The notes beneath the pieces were generated by a model. It saw nothing but the letters and a program-made list of their open reading frames with translations, was not told the origin of the DNA and made no database searches. Of a stretch of DNA of 64,000 nucleotides, positions 17,401-23,400 are shown piece by piece (position 1 is the first letter of the stretch; each line of letters begins with the position of its first letter). This stretch comes from Candidatus Woesearchaeota archaeon. Lineage in GTDB: Archaea > Nanobdellota > Nanobdellia > Pacearchaeales > JAHJTO01. Where the stretch lies: the NCBI GenBank assembly GCA_964540065.1, contig CAZIKY010000001.1, positions 14,798 through 78,797 of the forward strand, written 5' to 3'. The translations under genes were made by a program, and so were the position numbers.

Positions 17401-20400
17401 AATGAAGTCGTTTCAGTAGAATTCACATTCCCTGCAGTGTCATTAGCAATAAACCTCGCAGAATAAGTGCCCTCCAAGCCAGAAGGCAAAGTGAAGGAGG
17501 TATTGAATTTACCCCCATTAATCAAAGGCCCGCTTACATTTGTCAAGGTCAAAACTTGAACAGTCCCATTAGGAAGAGTAATATTAGCACTTACAGAATC
17601 TACTCCTGAGAATTGTTCGGTCAAATTAGCTGCTATTTCAATAGTTGCTGAAGAGGTGAATGAAGAGTTGTTTGCAGGAACCAATCCGGATAATCTTGGG
17701 GCAACAACATCTGTTGCCTCTACAGTGAAATTAACCAAAGAAGCGCTTATTGGCGGGAAGGTTAAAGTTTTAAGAGTAGTATTTACGACAGTGTCATTAG
17801 TCAAATCGAAAGTCCCGCTGGAGTTCGTGAAGTTAACTGTAAATCTCGCTTCTTCATCTCCTTCAGGCAAATAAGTAGAATAATTGGTAAAGACAGTTAT
17901 ATTTCTTATGGATCCAGTTTGCACAAAGATGGTTTCCAAATCAACTCTCCATCTTTTTACAGTAGTCTCATTAAGCGTAAAGGTTTCATTATCTATCAAA
18001 GCATTTTGATATTCTACCCGAGCAGTATTATTTATAGCGCTGCTTCCACCTATAAACTCAGTCCGATAGTTTATGACGTTCCCGGTAAAAACAGTCAAGT
18101 TTTCAAGAGGCATCAAAGACACATTATCTGATGCCCAGAATCCGCCTGTCGAGTTATAAACCCTGGTTTTATTCGCTATGACTCTCTGCCCAAATCTACC
18201 GAGAACTTCTAATGCTTGGAACAGATTTATTCTTCCACTATTAGCAGAGGTATTATTGAGCAAAATTGTATGGTTAACTGTGACGTTAAGCGTTTGATCT
18301 GGCCCTATTGTTAAATTGAAGCTTTCCTGCTTGTTTTCAATTATCTCTGTAATCACGTTAAGGGGTTCTGGATGGTGAATTTCTAGATTAACCTCCTGAT
18401 CAGAATAATTATAGAACAAATTAACCGAAACATTGGTCGTACTTGAAAGGCTCGAGTCTGCATCGCAATGTATATGCATAGATAAGAAATTTGTTTTTCC
18501 AATGGTAACACCATCTAGGGTAGCATTTTGCTCGAACAAAGTAGGGGTCGTTGTTAGGCTGCCTGAAGGCTCTCCACATAGTTCATAGGTGTCTTCTAAA
18601 TTCGATGTGGATAAGTGATAACATAGTTTTGGCTTGCAAACATTGTTCGCGGAAGCAGATAAGTTTGCCCTCATAGTTACTATCCCCTGCATGTTGAAGT
18701 TTCTTAAGAAGCTGCAAGGCACATTAGTATTAGAGCCACAGAAGAAGATTCTCAAGCCATTCACATCAGTTTGATTAGGGGAAATAGACATATTAAAAGT
18801 CTTATTTACATATGAGGTAGAGTTAGGTGCAACTTTAGATAGCCAGGTAGTGGAACTAGATAGATTATTATCTGTTCCTCCAAAGAAGATGTTCCCAGTA
18901 TTAATTATGTAATTAAGCCAGAAAGTGCTTGCGACAGTGCTGCTTGAAGCAGCATTCATTGAAGGAGAACTGCAGCTCAGAGTATAATTAGTTATGTCAA
19001 ATTCTATGGTATTGTCTAGGCTTCCAGAATAATTCCCAGTAGTACTGTTGAAAGTAAGTGTAGTCACAGAATTCGAATTATTTGAGGTAACATTACATGT
19101 CCCATCGACTATAGGGGCAGAATTTATTGGATTAACATAACTTGCCTCAAATAAAATAAACACTTTGACTCCAAAATTTGGATTTTCTTCTGCAGTTGCC
19201 GCGGTTCCCTGGAAGTATTCAGTCTTATCTGTGGAAAGAGTGGCATTTGAAACCCCATCAAAGGTGAAATTTGTTCTTTCGGTGGAATTCAAATTATTGC
19301 TCGTATCATTAGCAATAAATGTTACGTTATATGTCCCTTTAAGATTTGGTATACTGAAAGATTGATTGAACTTATCTGTACCCGTAACTTGATTGAGTGT
19401 TAGTACATTTATCGTTCCATTTGGAAGAGTGACGTTTGCTAAAACAGTGTTTATCTCAAAGTTATCTGTAACATTTGCAGAGATTTCAATTACACTTAGA
19501 TTAGAAGCATTAAATCCGCTTACCGGCCTTAAATCAAACACTAAAGGTCTAACCGTATCTCCGCCTATGAAGAAAGTTGTTTCCGTGTTATTTACATTGT
19601 TATTCGTGTCATTTGCGATGAAAGTTACATTATATCTTCCAGTAACGCTTGGTATTGTGAAGGAAACATTGAATTTATCTCCTCCCACCGAAACCAGTGT
19701 GAGAGTATTTGAAGCTCCGTCAGGATAATCAATTTTAGCTAAAACTTTGTCAATTACTCCATTGTCCGTTACATTTGCGGCGATTTCTATTACACTTAAG
19801 CTAGGGAATGCACTCGAATTAGGCGGAACCAAACTTGCAACTGAAGGCCTAATCGTATCATTGGCTATAAAGAAGGTAGTAACCGTGCTGTTGACATTGT
19901 TCCTAGTATCGTTCGCAATAAAGGTTATATTATATCTCCCTTGAAGATTGTTTGGAATCGTGAAAGAAGTATTAAACTTCCCGCCGTTAGCAAGCGGCCC
20001 AGAGACATTAGTCAGAGTTAAAACATTAACAGTTCCATTTGGAAGTGTAAGATTAGCCGACACAAAACTTACATTGGAATCTGAATCTGTAACATTTGCA
20101 GAAATTTCAACTACATCCGATACATTAAATACTGTCCCGTTAGTAGGTGTAGCATTTATAACTAAAGGTGCAAATGCATCTCCGGCTATGAAGAAAGTAG
20201 TTTCTGTATTGTTTATGTTTCCAATTGTATCCTGCGCAAAGTAGCTTAGATTATATCTTCCTTCGATATTAGGTATAGTGAAGGAAGTGTTGAACTTATC
20301 TCCATTAGGATTAACCAGACTTAAGGTAATCGTGGCCCCGTCTGGGTATGTTACAGTTACATTAGCTGAAATTGAGCTAAGGTCTGTGATATTTGCTGCA

Positions 20401-23400
20401 ATCTCTATTGTTGCATTCGTCAAGAAGTTAGTTCCAGCAGAAGGAATCAAACTAAAGACTAACGGACTTTCATTATCTGTTACTTCAAAGATAATTATTT
20501 CAGTGTTATTTAGGTTATTATTAGTATCGTTCGCGAGGAATCTTACCGTATAAAATCCTCCTTCTCCAGGAGCAGTAAATGAGGCGTTGAATTTATTCCC
20601 CGTAACATTTGCCAATGTCAGCAATTCTGCAGTTCCGTTAGGGAAAGTTATATTCGCAATAACTGTACTGATAACACCATTATCGGTCACATTTGCAGCA
20701 ATTTCTATCGTATCCCCAACAGTAAAGCTTGTCCCATTCAAAGGCTTTAGGCCAAATACTGCGGGCCTAACAGTATCATTTGCAATGAAGAAGGTAGTTT
20801 CAGTAGAGTTTACATTATCTGAAGTATCTGTTGCGATGAACGTGATATTGTATCTTCCCTGAGGAGTATTTGGAAGGGTGAAGCTTCTATTGTACTTGCT
20901 ATTGCCAACATTTGAAAGTGTCAGATTTTGAACTGTTCCATTAGGGAAAGTTACATTAACTGAAACAGCGGCAACTGCTCCATTATCAGTGACATTAGCA
21001 GCAATCTCAATAGTATCTGAAACATTGAATTGAGTCCCATTTACTGGTGTGACGATTATAACATTCGGGGGAGTCGCATCTCCCTGCAGCAAGAAGGTCG
21101 TGGTAGTGCTGTTTACATTATTATTGGTGTCATTAGCAATAAACGTAATGTTATATTGTCCGACCAAAGATGGCACGGTAAAGGAAGTGTTAAACTTCCC
21201 TCCGCCAATAAGGGAGCCGCTTACATTTGTCAAAGTCAAAACGTTTACAGTTCCATTTGGCAGGCTTATGTTTGCCAAAACTGTATCGATGACTCCGTTA
21301 TCAGTCACATTTGCAGCTATCTCAATAACCTGAGAAGCCATAACATTTAGGCCTTCAGGAGGGTGGACTGAAACTACTCTTGGATTTACAGTGTCTCCTG
21401 CAATGAAATTAGTTATAGTCGTAGCATTAGTGTTCCCCGTGGAATCGTTAGCAATGAAAGTTATATTATACTGACCCTGCAATTCGTTAGGAATTGTGAA
21501 GGAAACATTGAATTTGTCAGTCGAATTAAATTGACTTAAAGTCAAGACATTTACTGTGCCATTTGGCAAGGTTAAATTAACTCTCACGGTCTGCAGATCC
21601 AAATTATCCGTTACGTTAGCGGCTATTTCAACAACATCAGATACATTAAAGGATGTCCCATTTTGAGGAGATAATAGTGTAACTGAAGGATTCCTTGTAT
21701 CTCCTGCATTGAAAAATGTCGTTTCAGTGTTATTCACATTATCATCTGTATCATTGGCGAAGAAGGTCAGGTTGTATCTTCCCAAAATATTAGGTATTGT
21801 AAAGCTTGCGTTGAACTTATCTCCGACAGAATTGTTTAAGACAAGAGTGTTTACTGCCCCATCAGGATAAACAATCGTCACAGAGACAAAGGATAAGACT
21901 CCATTATCCGTTACATTAGCTGCGATCTCAATTGTATCAGTCAAACCGAAATCTGTATCTTCAACTGGAACTAAGGAGGAGACCAAAGGAATTTGCGTGT
22001 CTGCCCCTATGAATGTCGTTGTTTCAGTGCTGTTGACGTTTCCCCTAGTATCATTTGCAATTATCCTTACAGTATATTGCCCTATCAAACCAATAGGGAT
22101 TGTAAAGCTGGTATTGTACTTTGTTGTGCTTGTATTTGTCAAAGTTAAAGTCTGCACAGTTCCATTTGGAAGGGTGACATTTGCAAGTACCTGACTCACA
22201 GCTGAAAGGTCATCAGTCACATTCGCAGCTATTTCTAAAGTTTCAAGCAAATTGAATGTCGTACCGTTTGCAGGCACTAATCCGATAACTGATGGAGGAT
22301 CAAAGTCGCCGCTGAAGAAGTGAGTTTTCTCAGTGTTGTTTGTATTTCCATTGGTATCATTTGCAACAATAGTCACATTATATCTTCCGATCAAATTTGG
22401 AACCAAGAAAGAAGTGTTATACTTATCTCCTACAGCGTTAGATAATGTCAAAGTGTTTATGGCCCCATCAGGATATTGAACAAGGGCCCTTACAGTTTGA
22501 ATTACTCCATTATCCGTGACGTTTGCGGCAATTTCTATGGTAGATAGAACCTCAAAGCTTGTTCCTGCAACGGGGATCAGGTCAAATACAGAAGGTCTAA
22601 CCGTATCGTTAGCTATGAAGAAGGTTGTTTCGGTATTGTTTACATTATTATTCGTGTCATTAGCAATGAACGTGATATTGTATCTTCCTTGAGGGGTGTT
22701 TGGCAGAGTAAAAGAAGTGTTGAATCTTGTGTTATTGCTAAGAGGGCCGCTAATATTCGCCAAAGTAAGTAGCTGAGAAGTCCCATTAGGGAAAGTTATA
22801 TTGGCTAATAAAGCGCTTATGACTCCATTATCTGTAACATTGGCTGCAATCTCAATGGTGTCAGAAACATTGAATGGTGTTCCATTTGGTTTAAAGTCAA
22901 AAACTCTTGGGTTAATAGTATCTCCTACAGTAAAGTTGGTCCTTTCAGTAGTATTGAAAGAGTTGCTGGAATCGTTAGCAATGAAGGTTATATTGTAGGT
23001 TCCTTGCAGATCATTTGGTATGTTGAAGGAGGTGTTAAACTTGCCTCCAAGAGAGAGCAGTCCACTCACATTGGTCAAAGTTAGCTGTTGTACCGTTCCA
23101 TTAGGGAAAGTTATATTGGCACGGACAGCACTTACAGCTACATCATCAGTCACATTTGCAGCTATTTCAATTACGTCTGAGGTGTTGAATGAAGTGTTGT
23201 TTACCGGCCTTAAATCAAAAACACTTGGGATCGTCACGTCATTAGCAATGAAGAAAGTTGTTGTTGTAGAATTAACGTTATTGCTTGAATCGTTCGCAAC
23301 AAAAGTAACATTATATCTCCCAGTGATATTGTAAAGAGTAAAGGAATTGTTGAACTTATTAGTTGTGCTGTTATGGCTAACTAAAGCGCTCACATTATTC